DNA of 44,288 bases from Parasitella parasitica NRRL 2501 (taxonomy: Eukaryota > Fungi > Mucoromycota): positions 110,736-155,023 of the forward strand of contig MU619313.1 of assembly GCA_025201805.1 (NCBI GenBank), given 5' to 3'. The position numbers were made by a program, and so were the translations under genes. Positions within the stretch are counted from its first letter, which is position 1. Every line of letters begins with the position of its first letter. Under the pieces are notes generated by a model. It was not told the DNA's origin. It ran no database searches and worked only from the letters and a program-made list of their open reading frames with translations. This document shows, one piece after another, positions 1 through 11,818 of this stretch.

Positions 1-685
1 CCTGCAACGTAACATTCTAGCTGTCTTTTTTTGAACTTCATGTTTGGCGGCAGATATACAATAAAGCTAAGAAAAGAAAACCTTCGAGTTTTGGATGGGA
101 TGTCGTGTTTGCAACCAGTTTTTACCTTTGTTGGTCCAGATTCTCAATTTATCAATCTACCGTGTCCCTAGCCTGCCAAAGCAAGCTGTAGCTGCAATTT
201 CAGGAATCGCTGGCTTGTTTTCAATGTTTGGATTATGTCTCGTTGCTGTCTTGTCTTTAGTCGTCGATTTTGCTGATGTAACTGAAAATACACTGCATTT
301 AACAGAGAATTATGGTGAGACTTATGCATAACTTCTTGGTTATGATTGTTGTTGAGTGCGTGCATCATGAAAGTAAATTGGCTATTCAAGTGCTGATTTG
401 TCCGCAAGACTCACGACTGATCTAGCATTTGTTCTTCTTCATCATTAATAGCAATAAGGCGTCTTTTGCGACCATTAAAAGCAAATGACATAGTTGACAC
501 ATTATTAACAAGCTAAATAAGGGTTGATATGTATTGTTTTTTAATAGAATAAATCGAAAATGTGAAGGTTTATACATGATTTCTAACTTCAGGGCTCTAA
601 TAATAACGAGATTTCGTGGCAAGTCAGGATTTAATTTTACTGTGTATATAGATTAAAGAGTGGCTCTACTCGAAATTCAACAGTT

Positions 686-3167
686 TTATGTGTAGAAGAA
701 GCCTGTACCTAAGCCTGGCGGAACAGGCGGTACCTCAACAACACCATGAGGGATTTCGACTCTGTCGCCAGCAATTTGCAGCAGTTTGACTTTGACGCCT
801 ACTTCTGTTAATGTATGAAACAGTTCTGCAGTTTCCTTGGATGTGAATCTCTTGTCCAGAATCATACTAAACCCATCTTTCCATTCGGCAGCTTGCATTG
901 CATTAGTACAATAAAATTCAGCAATAGGCGTATACTTGTCAGAGTACAAGGCAAACGCAAGATTGTTATTATTGCTTTGTTGCTGATGATGATTCCCTGT
1001 AGATAGTATACCACTGTTGCTCGTGACATTTCCATCGATTCCTGACACTGATGAACCTAGGCCCGACGACGTGTTGGCTAAACTAGCGATAGATGCTTTT
1101 CGAATGGGTCGAATCTCATTCACTGAAGCAAGATCTATGCGATTAGGAAGCTTCTCGTAAGACTTTAATACGGGTGCGATCTTTTCAGAAAAGTCACCAT
1201 ACATGATGGATCTTTTGGATCGGCTTAATTTGTAGTATCGCCAGCGTTTACCCGCTGCAGTGGCTGTGTTGCCCAAGTGCGCGCCGCCTATACCAAGCGT
1301 GGAAGTGGCGCTGGCATTGGCCGAGGAAATGGATACCGAGGCATTATTATTGTTCGAACTAGCAGCAATTACAGACATTGCGCGCTGATTCGATAAAGGG
1401 CTGGGAAACCAAGCACCCTCCAATAAACAGCTGATCCTCTGCTGCTTTAGGAACTCGTAAGATTGCTTTGAAAGCCTCGTACGCAGATTACTGGGAGGGA
1501 GTGGGGAGGGGAGGGGGGGGTTTAAAAAATAAAAAGTATTCAATGCCCTGTATGTATCGCTAGCATGGAAAAGAAACTTACGCCACTGCATCTCGTCCTG
1601 ATAAATCGTCTGCCCATTCGAGTTCTTTTAGTCGACGATCGCGTATCTGTTGATAGGGAGTGCCAAACATATTTCTATCAAACTCATTGATATCCAAAGT
1701 AGACGCAAATGCAGACCTCAGCTGACTTCGCACAAGCGCTGACACTTTGGAAAAATCGTATGTTGTCGCTTCCATGTCATGAAATATTCTAAAGTATGTC
1801 TGCAACGTGGTAGCATGTACATGGTTGAAGCTTAGAATGAGGGGTTGGAATTCTGCAACGGTATCTAATACAATGTCTTAGTATTTCCATATTTCCACTG
1901 TACGGCAGCGACTTTTGCGCTTTACTTGTGGACGTAATGTTCCAATGGCTGCACAGCAGGTCTGTCACTTCAATGGTCGCCTTTGCAAACGGACATCGCT
2001 TTCCTTCGGGGCGATGAATTTGCTCCAAGATCAATTTTGCAAACAAATCTTGATTGTTCATTACAAACACATGCATCTCTTCAAGTCCCAATACACCTGC
2101 TCTACCAAACTCACGCTGTGGAACCTCAGTCTAAGCGTGTAAAATGTTGGATTATCAAGATTCACAACGGCACTCCAGCACACACAAGACTTACAGTGAA
2201 TCCAATTTTTCTCCATTTTTTAGCGCCAGGAATATCGATCTGATCTACCTTGGCAGCTTCCCAAATGTCTTTGAGCATATTTGCGTGTCGAGGGTTGTGC
2301 ACCGACACTGTCGCTCCATATCGCACGTTGATGTTCTGTATAAATGCTGTCTGGAACTCGAGTATCATTAGCTTGACCTCGGCGGATGGGTAATTTTTCA
2401 TTAGTTTCTAAAGTGACGATATTAGACTTGGCATACATCAGACAATCAATTGTACAGTACTAGTATGCTTTTCTTCAGATTCGAGTTGTCGTAGGCGTTA
2501 AAGAGCACACTTCGGTATTCGTCTGTTACATACTTGAGCATGGCTGTCAGCAACGACATGCTGGTAATCGACAGCAGATATTCCTGACTGATTAATCGGT
2601 CCACCAGCGTTTTGATCAGCTCGGGGTGCTTTTCAATTGCTTTATGCAAGACAGGATAACCGTAGCATGTTACTGGGGATGTGCTCTGCTCGTTGGCACA
2701 CACCAGCTTCAGCAAAATTGCAATAGCTGGACGAGCGATGGTCGCCAGCTGCTCTTTTACTACTATGTGTGCTATGCGCGCAATGAATTCGTCATCCAGC
2801 GACTCCCAACCAGTGCTGTGCTCCATTAGCGACAAAAACGAGTTCAATGCATAAGCTAGTGTATTTCCGCTGGAATTATTCACAATCTCGCATAACGACT
2901 CGAGCCCTCCCCTCTCCAGAAACTCGGCTGCGAATTCTTTTTCCTGTAAAGTGGATAGGATGAATTCGAACCATACGCTCCACCAAAAAGAGATTGCGTA
3001 CATACCTTTAAATAACCTTGTAAAGCAAAAGTAGCTATCTTGAGTGATTTGTCGTCCTTTGGAGTCATGAGATTGTTTGTGCTTTCTGATAGACTGAACC
3101 CTGAGGAAAGCCGTTTCAATGTTTCTTGTGTTGATGGTTTTGTATCCAAAGCATTTGACTGAGACAT
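686..3167 (-). CDS. ELMO/CED-12 family protein (ARM region, ELMO domain, atypical PH domain, C-terminal PxxP); 6 exons
   Basis: Exons join through GT-AG introns (about 2945-3005, 2409-2460, 2131-2194 and two more downstream). Motifs: FAAEFLERGG, NTLAYAL, KWRKIGF-TEVPQREFGRAGVLGL, CPFAKATIEVT, LKQQRISCLLEGAWF, WRYYKLS...YGDF, EWKDGF, VPPVPP. Confidence 0.88.
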
Positions 3168-4247
3168 GTTGTATGCTTAGTTGGTGGTAAAGTGAAGGGA
3201 ATATTTCTACTGTCGTTAGACAGAGTTAAATGACAGTGACTGCAATTATATGTTGTAAGGTTATTGTGCATGTACAGTATTTATGCATGGATCAAGAGAA
3301 TTCAGAAGCAACAGTCTATTATCGATACAGCCAGGCTCTACGTTGCATTTAAAGCTGGGGAAGGAGTCCATACGCACTGGAATTAGGCCGTGGTTCATTT
3401 TGTTTTCATCAGGGGAAACGCTTATCATGAGAGGTTGCCATCATGACAAGACAATATATACTTATAATGGCGCCAACGTCTTTGTTAACGTACATCTTCA
3501 GCCCTCCTTGCGTTCAGATACGTTCTAAATAAGCGCTTTTGTCCAAGCAGCATCCCAACTAGCATTCTCCACGTGATGCCGTTGATTTTGATAGTTGTGC
3601 AACATTTCTGAAATGAGTGTGGTTGATGATGATGATGATGAATTGGCTTGGGATCAGGTTCGATAGGTCACAGTGTAATGTAACGCTTGTTCGAATCTCC
3701 TGCTGCTGTACTTTCTTTGAAAACAACAATCTACCTGTTGCAGTACTAGTCTGAATGGAGACACGTATTACTCCATGGCAGCTATGGCCTTGAAAAGCCA
3801 AAGGTTCTTAGCTGTGTGAACAACCTTTTTAGCACACATCATTCTGCATAAAATTAAGTTTCAACAGGTCACCGTGTGCAACATTGATTGGGCTTATGCT
3901 TACATACACTGTACATCCCTCTTCACTAAAAATCAAAAAGTTGGTTTCATGTGCATTTGGGATGCCAAAAATCTTGAAATGAGCAAAATACGCTACATAG
4001 AAAGCTCTATTCCGCTGCTTATTGTTTGGCCCCATTATCAGCAAATAACCCTATGATACGTCGTCCCTGATTTCTGTGGGTTCATTTATTAGTGTCAACC
4101 TTTTGTAAATGTTCAAAATGTCTAGGTTTCGATTGGTCTGCTTCAAATGTTCTGTATAAAAAGTGGCCTAAAAGACCCAAAAGAAAAAAAAAAAAAAGTT
4201 TTCAAACAGGTTTCTCTTTTTCTTTCATCGACCTATATTACTTCACT

Positions 4248-4775
4248 ATGAGCACTTTAATACTCGAAAAGTATGACGACGACATGATTCTGTATCCCAA
4301 CGACGACCAGGAATCATTCTCCAGCGACCCACCATTCTCTTTAGTCGCTGAACTCTCCAGCAACGGCATTTTTCCAAACGAATGCCATTCTCCAGACTTT
4401 TCGAGTGAGGAGGACGACGACATGCCACATCACCCCCATGCGCCTCCACCGTCTCCACAAGCAAAACCCATACTTGATATTCTCGTCTCCGAGAAACTGA
4501 ACGCTTCATTAGGGACCTACTTGGTCGAAAACGATAGATTGGAAAACAATACAGCTGCTACGGAAACAAGCATATACTCTAACCATTTGGAAAAACATGC
4601 ACAAACCCTCGACGCTCTGCTTCGCAAGACGGTAGAAGGCAGAACCTTTAAACGAAATTTTAAGCGATCAAGTTTGCGAATGTGCAGCACAACGAGTTCA
4701 AGTAAGCAGCTATTAAAAAAAATCGTAGAAAACGAGCTCTGTCGAAAACTTGAACGAAGCGAGATTGTAGAATGA
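4248..4775 (+). CDS. Hypothetical protein (about 175 aa), acidic/Pro-rich N-terminal half and basic helical C-terminus
   Basis: Single ORF from ATG 4248 after a pyrimidine-rich leader, with protein-like composition and AATAAA at about 4885. No family recognised. Confidence 0.65.
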   Translation: MSTLILEKYDDDMILYPNDDQESFSSDPPFSLVAELSSNGIFPNECHSPDFSSEEDDDMPHHPHAPPPSPQAKPILDILVSEKLNASLGTYLVENDRLENNTAATETSIYSNHLEKHAQTLDALLRKTVEGRTFKRNFKRSSLRMCSTTSSSKQLLKKIVENELCRKLERSEIVE

Positions 4776-7700
4776 TTAATGAATGGAGAGACTTGGGACT
4801 ATAACTTTCTGTAGCATACTATATACATATATTCTTAAATACCCCCCCCCCAACCTCCCTCTTTCTCATTCACTATTAATTTCTAATAAAATCGTTCATC
4901 ATTTGTAAGCACTTGTCTTGGATTCCATTCTCTTTTTTTATACACTGTCATACGTTGAAACCAAAATGGTTGAATAGTCTGTGATTTATATACCCTGACA
5001 TAATAGTATAGTAGCTCTATCTGCTTGCTTGCTAATGTTGCTTGCATGTATCACCCTTACAAATCCTTACATGGTAAATACATGCACGTGGAAAACCCTG
5101 TTTGATATGATAATGTAAGCAAGGATCTGACTCGACTTATATGATGTTGATGTGTTTAATAGACCTTCTCCTAATTTGACTCGAGATCAATAGCAATAAC
5201 TACCAGTATATCAATCTAGTGTTGCTTAAAGCATCAGCACCACTATTCTTGATATAAGATAGCGAAATATCGCTAGTAGAATAGCCACATAAACCATCGA
5301 TTAGTAAACAAACAAGTTATACCATTATGGCATACAAGCATGATTTTGGAAATATATAAAGCATCCTCAACAAGATATATCAACAGTTTAGAATATAATG
5401 CCCAGTACCACCAAATATTGCAGGAACAAATATAAAGAAAACTGTAGCGCTCCATGGAACACCTTAAAATTCATTCCTCAGATTTGGCATTCATGTCCCA
5501 AAAACAGCAAAATTTAATAAAGTACTCGGGATGTATCTATGAAAATAGAACAATATATGTTGTACATTTGTAAAGAGGTAAATTAACTCTTATTAATGGG
5601 GATAAATACCTCAACAGCTTAAAATTCTACATAAATATTAACATTGCGGATTGTCCTTTTAAGGTAGAGTTGTCATCGTAACAATAGAATGGGCTGGAGA
5701 TTGAATAGTACACTCCACTGCATCTATGTTGGTCATATCAAGAGCCTTTCAACTTACTAGTTGGGCTCATGACTCATTCCAACTGAAAAGCATGAGTGTT
5801 TAGCAACTGTATGAAATGACGATAACAACTGCTGTCTCCAAAAATATACTTCAAAAAAAAAAAAAAAATAGTGGACTAACTATACGAAGTGAGATTATTA
5901 GTAATTTTATGTGATATTTAATTCTGGAACTAATAGCCTGCATTAACTCTTTGACCAAAAGTTTCGACTTGAGTGATAAGCATTTTTGGTTATAAGTCTA
6001 CTTTTTGCGCAAGTAATACATAAAATAGCAATCGTAGCCAAGTTTCCTTGTATGCCATAATGAGAAATCGCTGAAAATTGATAAAATAGAGATGCATCAT
6101 CCAGCAACTGGTTGTGAGTTCAGAGAAGCGACAAATTGTGATGGCTCTGAGCACTTGAGTTGAAAGAGTACAAATTCTACAGAATTATTAATCCCCTCCC
6201 CCCACATGCATTGCTAATTCTGCGATTCTCACTTTGTTTTGCCTATGGCGATAACATCACACAGCCCTTAAAGTTATCAGTAGGTGCTTATTTCGCAATC
6301 TCAGGGCTTAAAAGGTAAACTATTGCTTAAATAAAAACTGTTAAGCCATTAGATAGTTCACGATCGCAAAGCCAGCCAACCTGCAGTTTAATGTTGATAT
6401 TTATATTACAAAAAAGCTGCTTAGCAGATCATTTAAGAATAATAATAAAATAATAAAATAAAATATTCCAACCCGAAATGTTAAAGGGCGGATCAAATGA
6501 TTGACAAGATTAAAAAAAGGGAAATAATAAACGTTATTAATTTACTAGATTTATAATGGAGCAATAAAAGTAGTATATTTATATTTGTTCTATTTGGACA
6601 AGTTACGAGTAGTTGAGACTTGACAATCATAATATCAGATTGTTTATAACTCAATTCTGGACGTAATATGTTCTGAGCTAACTTGCATGGATATCGTTCT
6701 GTATATTATTGGTTGACATTTGTCACTCACTACTGGTAACCTGTTTATGTATTACATATTCAATTAACACTGCTATTCGAGTGCAAATACAAAATTATTT
6801 AATGTGTCAATTTCCCAACTGGAAATAAACTCAGAACTGAAATCAATTCAGTTACGCAACATGCCATGACATGGACAATAGATACAACCTATCGTCCCAT
6901 TCTCTAAATTCACGCTTACACCTTACCCCCCCCATCAATCCAATTAGATTCACTAATTTATGAACCATCATATTTTAAACGAGATATTTACTGATTAATT
7001 CCCAACAGTTTTATTTGAATAATTTCTCAATCTGATAAACCAATATTGACTAAATCTGCATATATTAATCGACCAGTGCGAACGAATCATAGTTGATATC
7101 ATCATTGTAGTTGTCAAACAACAGAAAGTAATTATCATACATTAACAAATATTTGGCCATAATAACGTCTGCTAAATAAGCGACAGCTCAGCATTGCCAA
7201 ACAAATTTACCTTAATCAATAAAAAATTGATATATACAAAATTAAAAGCAGAGTTATTGCCATATAAAAAGTGAATAAAAACGCTCGTAAATTAACATAA
7301 AATGCCAAAGAAAGCCTGGTTTATACTTTAATGAAACAGGAACAATCATCGCTTATTCGAGCGTAACTTGCTTTCCACTGGGCGATGTGTCTATCCAAAG
7401 TATCTGCAACACAGTTCCACGTTTTAGGCCATCGGCGTTTTAAATCATGTGATTTTGCTATGTGTCGTGGCCTTGAGTCAAGGAAGCTTTAGTTGTCAAT
7501 CCTGAAACCAGATAACAAATAAGTACAAAAACCCATATGAGGAAGAGTCAAATCGCCAGATCATGGAATATATTTTAGCACGGATAGCATAATTTCATTC
7601 CAGTTATGTACGAAAACAGGTTTAATTTTCATAATTTCAAACATTTGCTAAACAGACTGAGTAGAGCAGCGCTCGAAACTGAAAAACATAGCGATAATTC

Positions 7701-8544
7701 AGAATAAAAGCATTTATATCCATGAAAATATCGACATCGATAAGTTATCAATAGAATGGGAAAGTAATAAAGGCTATTATTTGTCAGATGCAAATCTAAT
7801 GATGTTATTTATTGGGAAGAAATTGTCTGTTTATATAGAGTCAATCCCACATGAATTAATCTATGAATACAATTAGGTCATGGACATTAATTACCATCAG
7901 ACAAGATTATAGTACGTTATTAATCAGGGCAAGACTTATTTAATCAGCTAATTGTTATGAATGTGAATCATTCACCGATAAATTTAACTTCTAAATTTAG
8001 AAAAAATAGAGCCAAATATACAAGACATTTCATTCATACTATTTACTATAGAATCATTGGCAACGTTAATCCTTCAAATCCGATCAGGAACGGTTGTCAT
8101 GACAACTGAACGGTAATAATGGTTACCATGTTGTATCCAGGGGATACAACAAATATTACTGGGAACCAGCTAGCTTTTATAAATTCTGCTACGTTGTTCC
8201 GGCAGAATAAAAGGTTATTTGACTAGAACTTTTCCAGGGATTGCGATATGCATCCATTAAATGTTACCAATCCAATCGAGCCATCCGATCCGTATTAAAA
8301 TCAAGCATTTAATAAATGATAATGTCTTTCAAAAAAAAACAAAAAAAAAACAAAAGAAGAAGCTCTTGCATTAGCACTGTGTTTCATGAGACATCTCGTA
8401 AAAAAGTTTCATCATCTCGACATCTTGGAACGCACAGATATGTGATAACAGAGGTAACTCAGTGGCTTAGTTTAGTTTTACATTTTTCCTCTGTTGTCAT
8501 CAGGCATAAAGTTTTTTTTTTTTCCTTTTCAGATAAAAATCATA

Positions 8545-10093
8545 ATGGAGAAAGAAGAGCCCATTACCCAATCTGAACAAGCTAAAAAGCCTAGAAAACG
8601 CTTTGTTGGAAAAGCTAAAAAAGCGGCAACGGCAGCAGCAGCTAACAGTGAAGCAGGTGGTGCAATTGAAGATGGAGCTGTTGGCTTCGCAAGTAAGTTT
8701 GTGTCGTTTTGTAAAGATCATGTCACTCACACTTTTGACAACATCAGGAGCGCCGAGAGCTCGTAGCAGTCGAGTAGCTAATCAAATACCTGACGAAATC
8801 TTGAACGATCCTTTGTTAAATAAATCTATTGAATTGGTAAATGCTTCTACCCTCATCACCTCTCAAAATCATGCATCGAATTGATTATTAATCTCACAAC
8901 TTCCAGATTCCTTCGAATTACAACTTTGAAATCCATAAAACTGTTTGGAGAGTCCGAAAATCCAAAGCAAAAAGAGGTTAGAGTGGGTCTGTCTGTCGAA
9001 AAGAAAAAGAGCCATGTTTTGACATTTGCTTTGTAGTTGCCCTTCAATTACCAGAAGGCCTTATGATGTTTGCTTGTGTGATTTCAGATATCCTTGAAGT
9101 GTAAGCCCTCTCTTTATTTGTGATGAAATACGGATCCAAAGTAACGCTTCAACTAGCTTCTGTGCTGCAGAGACTTTGATTATGGGAGATGTCACTTACG
9201 GCGCTTGTTGCGTTGACGACTACACAGCTCGGGCATTAGGGTGTGATTTTCTGGTTCACTACGGCCACAGCTGTCTTGTGCCTGTGGATGTCACCACCAT
9301 AGAGACTCTTTATGTCTTTGTGGATATTGGCATCGACACACAACATTTCATTGCCACAGTCAAAAAGAATTTTGAAAAGGGAAAGCGACTTGTGCTAGTT
9401 GGCACCATTCAATTCGCAGCCGCATTGCAAGCATCCAAAGCACTTTTGGAAGAAGATTTCACTGTATCCATTCCTCAATCAAAACCCTTATCACCAGGAG
9501 AAATATTGGGCTGTACATCCCCCAAACTCACAGACATAGACTACATTGTGTGCATCGGAGACGGTCGGTTCCATTTAGAGTCTATCATGATCCATAATCC
9601 AGATTTACCTGCATTCCAGTACAATCCTTACGCCAAGACATTCACTCGCGAGAGGTACGATCACATAGAGATGCATTCTCTTCGCAAGCACGCCATCTCA
9701 GTAGCAAAAGAGGCCAAAAAATATGGTCTAGTGTTGGGAACTTTGGGCCGTCAGGGCAAACCGCAAATTCTAGAATACCTTGAACAGGTTATCAAGGAAC
9801 AAGGAAAGGAGTCCGTCAACGTGTTACTGTCTGAACTTTTCCCTGGCAAACTGGAGCAATTTGAAGATGTTGATGCCTGGGTCCAGATTGCTTGTCCTAG
9901 ATTATCGATTGATTGGGGGTACGCTTTCTCTAAACCTTTGTTGACGCCTTATGAGGCATCAGTTGCGCTGGGAAAGGCAGAATGGCAAGACGTTTATCCC
10001 ATGGACTTTTATTCTAATGACAGTTTAGGACCATGGACTCCCAACCATGGCAGAGGCGCTCCTCATAAAAGAAGAACTGAAATTGCAAAGTAG
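8545..10093 (+). CDS. DPH1: Diphthamide biosynthesis protein 1 (2-(3-amino-3-carboxypropyl)histidine synthase subunit 1); 5 exons
   Basis: Spliced product contains [75 protein letters not shown] and [12 protein letters not shown], all typical of Dph1. Confidence 0.95.
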
Positions 10094-10421
10094 CATGTGC
10101 AAGTAGATAATAAAACACCCTTTTTTTTTTTTTTTTTCCTGTATTATTATTTAATATTATTAGTATTATTATTTGAATTGTTTGAATGGATACACAGATG
10201 GATTCGACGCTCACACACGGACATTTGATGAACAAAAATGCACGACAGTAGCGACGATACACAATGGTAGGACAGTAATAAATTAAAGTTTCTCATGCTA
10301 ATGTAATCTTGGATATACAGATCGAACACATTTATGAAATGCAATTTATTTTTAATAATGACTATATACCATTCAGGCCGATACCTTGCTTCTTCATCTT
10401 CTTTACTACACACATTGAAAA

Positions 10422-11351
10422 ATGGCTTTTCATTTTGCGGCACTCATACTCAGTATTTGCTCGTTTGTTTTACTACTGATAGCCAATATAGGTACCACAT
10501 TTGAAAGCACATTTCTACCCCAAATATATCTTGCCAGAATAGACCAAGCAGTAAATGGAAGGTCTATACGATACGGTGTATACAACTCCTGCTTGTACTA
10601 TAAAGAGGATACAAAATCGCCCCATTCCTGTTCAACCAAATCACCCGGTTACTCTTTTGACACGACACAATTTGCAGATGCGTGTGGTGCAGACTTGACA
10701 AACTCCACCATGGTGCAGGTGTATGCAGACGTTGTCAAAGATGCTCAATTGGTAACATTCAAAGGAATTGTGCTTATTATGCCTTCAGCGATTCTTGCAT
10801 TTTTCGCTCTAGTTTGTGAGTTGTCATTTTATACAGGCAACTATTCACTCATGTTCTTAACCACATCTATAGGCTCTTTGCTGATTCGAAGGCTGCGCAA
10901 TAACAACATCATACCGTTTATTGGCATATTCAGCAGCTTATTTGCATTTTTCGCGGGTGCAGCAGGTCTGGCCTTGACAATTGCTACCTTTTGGAAAGGA
11001 TTAGCGACACTAGAAGAACGTGTGGAAGGGCTGTCTCATCAATGGGGCCCTGCTATTTACTTGGTAGGCATAAGCAGTGGGTGCATTTTAATTACACTGG
11101 TATGCTTTGTGATTAGCTTGTTTGCGTACAAGACAGAAAGCTACGGAAGAGAGAAATTTGACCTGTATGACAACGATAAACCAATTGGTACGAGTGCGAT
11201 GTCTCCATTTGATGCACATCCAAAACAGGATGACTATGAATATGAACATGCCATTTCATCGCGTACAACTCGACACTATCCATCTTACCATCAACCAGTG
11301 CAAACATATCAACCACAAACAACTTACCAACAAGACAATTATTATTATTAG
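10422..11351 (+). CDS. SUR7/PalI (Rim9-like, claudin-fold) tetraspan membrane protein
   Basis: N-terminal TM helix, extracellular loop with YGVYNSC...C, three further TM helices (last one WGPAIYLV) and a Y/Q-rich tail. Probable in-frame intron at 10816-10872. Confidence 0.72.
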   Translation: MAFHFAALILSICSFVLLLIANIGTTFESTFLPQIYLARIDQAVNGRSIRYGVYNSCLYYKEDTKSPHSCSTKSPGYSFDTTQFADACGADLTNSTMVQVYADVVKDAQLVTFKGIVLIMPSAILAFFALVCELSFYTGNYSLMFLTTSIGSLLIRRLRNNNIIPFIGIFSSLFAFFAGAAGLALTIATFWKGLATLEERVEGLSHQWGPAIYLVGISSGCILITLVCFVISLFAYKTESYGREKFDLYDNDKPIGTSAMSPFDAHPKQDDYEYEHAISSRTTRHYPSYHQPVQTYQPQTTYQQDNYYY

Positions 11352-11818
11352 AAAAAGGGGCTTCAGACATAAGTCATGGAAGGTCTAATAATTCAATAAT
11401 AAAAGTATAGAAGGAATTAAGCGGTGGAGTTGACAGGATCTCTGAACCATTGAGTGTATCGACTCCCCCTTTGAAACCGTCTTTTTGAAGCTGCCACAGT
11501 CTCCCAGACAACACAGTGCATATAGCGAAAATCGGCTCAATCGCTGTGCCCTCATGCTCCCCCTCCCCTCCTCCCCTTCCTCAACGATGTTCTATATGTA
11601 TCATATGTTATGGCAAAGGATTTTTGGAAAAAGAAAAGTCTGTTGGACAAAAAGAGGCTTGAAAAAAAAAAATTGCGAGTATTAAAGACGGTGGGAATGG
11701 CTGCTGGCTGTACTCCTTTTTCCCTCTTGCTTTACTTATCGCCGTCTGTTGTCATTGAATAAACCCTTTTCTACATCTTGCATAAATATAAAACACTCCT
11801 TTTTCTCATTTCCACCAG

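Noticed and set aside
1-622. Short ORFs at the left edge
   Set aside because: Stop-interrupted, no recognisable homology, and truncated by the window.
3283-4056. Short ORFs upstream of the ELMO gene as extra exons or a separate gene
   Set aside because: I could not build a consistent spliced model or recognise a motif.
7320-7490. Minus-strand peptide-like stretch SRPRHIAKSHDLKRRWPKTWNCVADTLDRHIAQWK
   Set aside because: No start codon or splice support and no family recognised; at most an unidentifiable remnant.
11352-11500. AAAAAGGGGCTTC resembles the U11 snRNA 5' end
   Set aside because: It starts directly after the SUR7-like stop codon, has an extra G, and I see no U11 stem-III loop or correctly placed Sm site.
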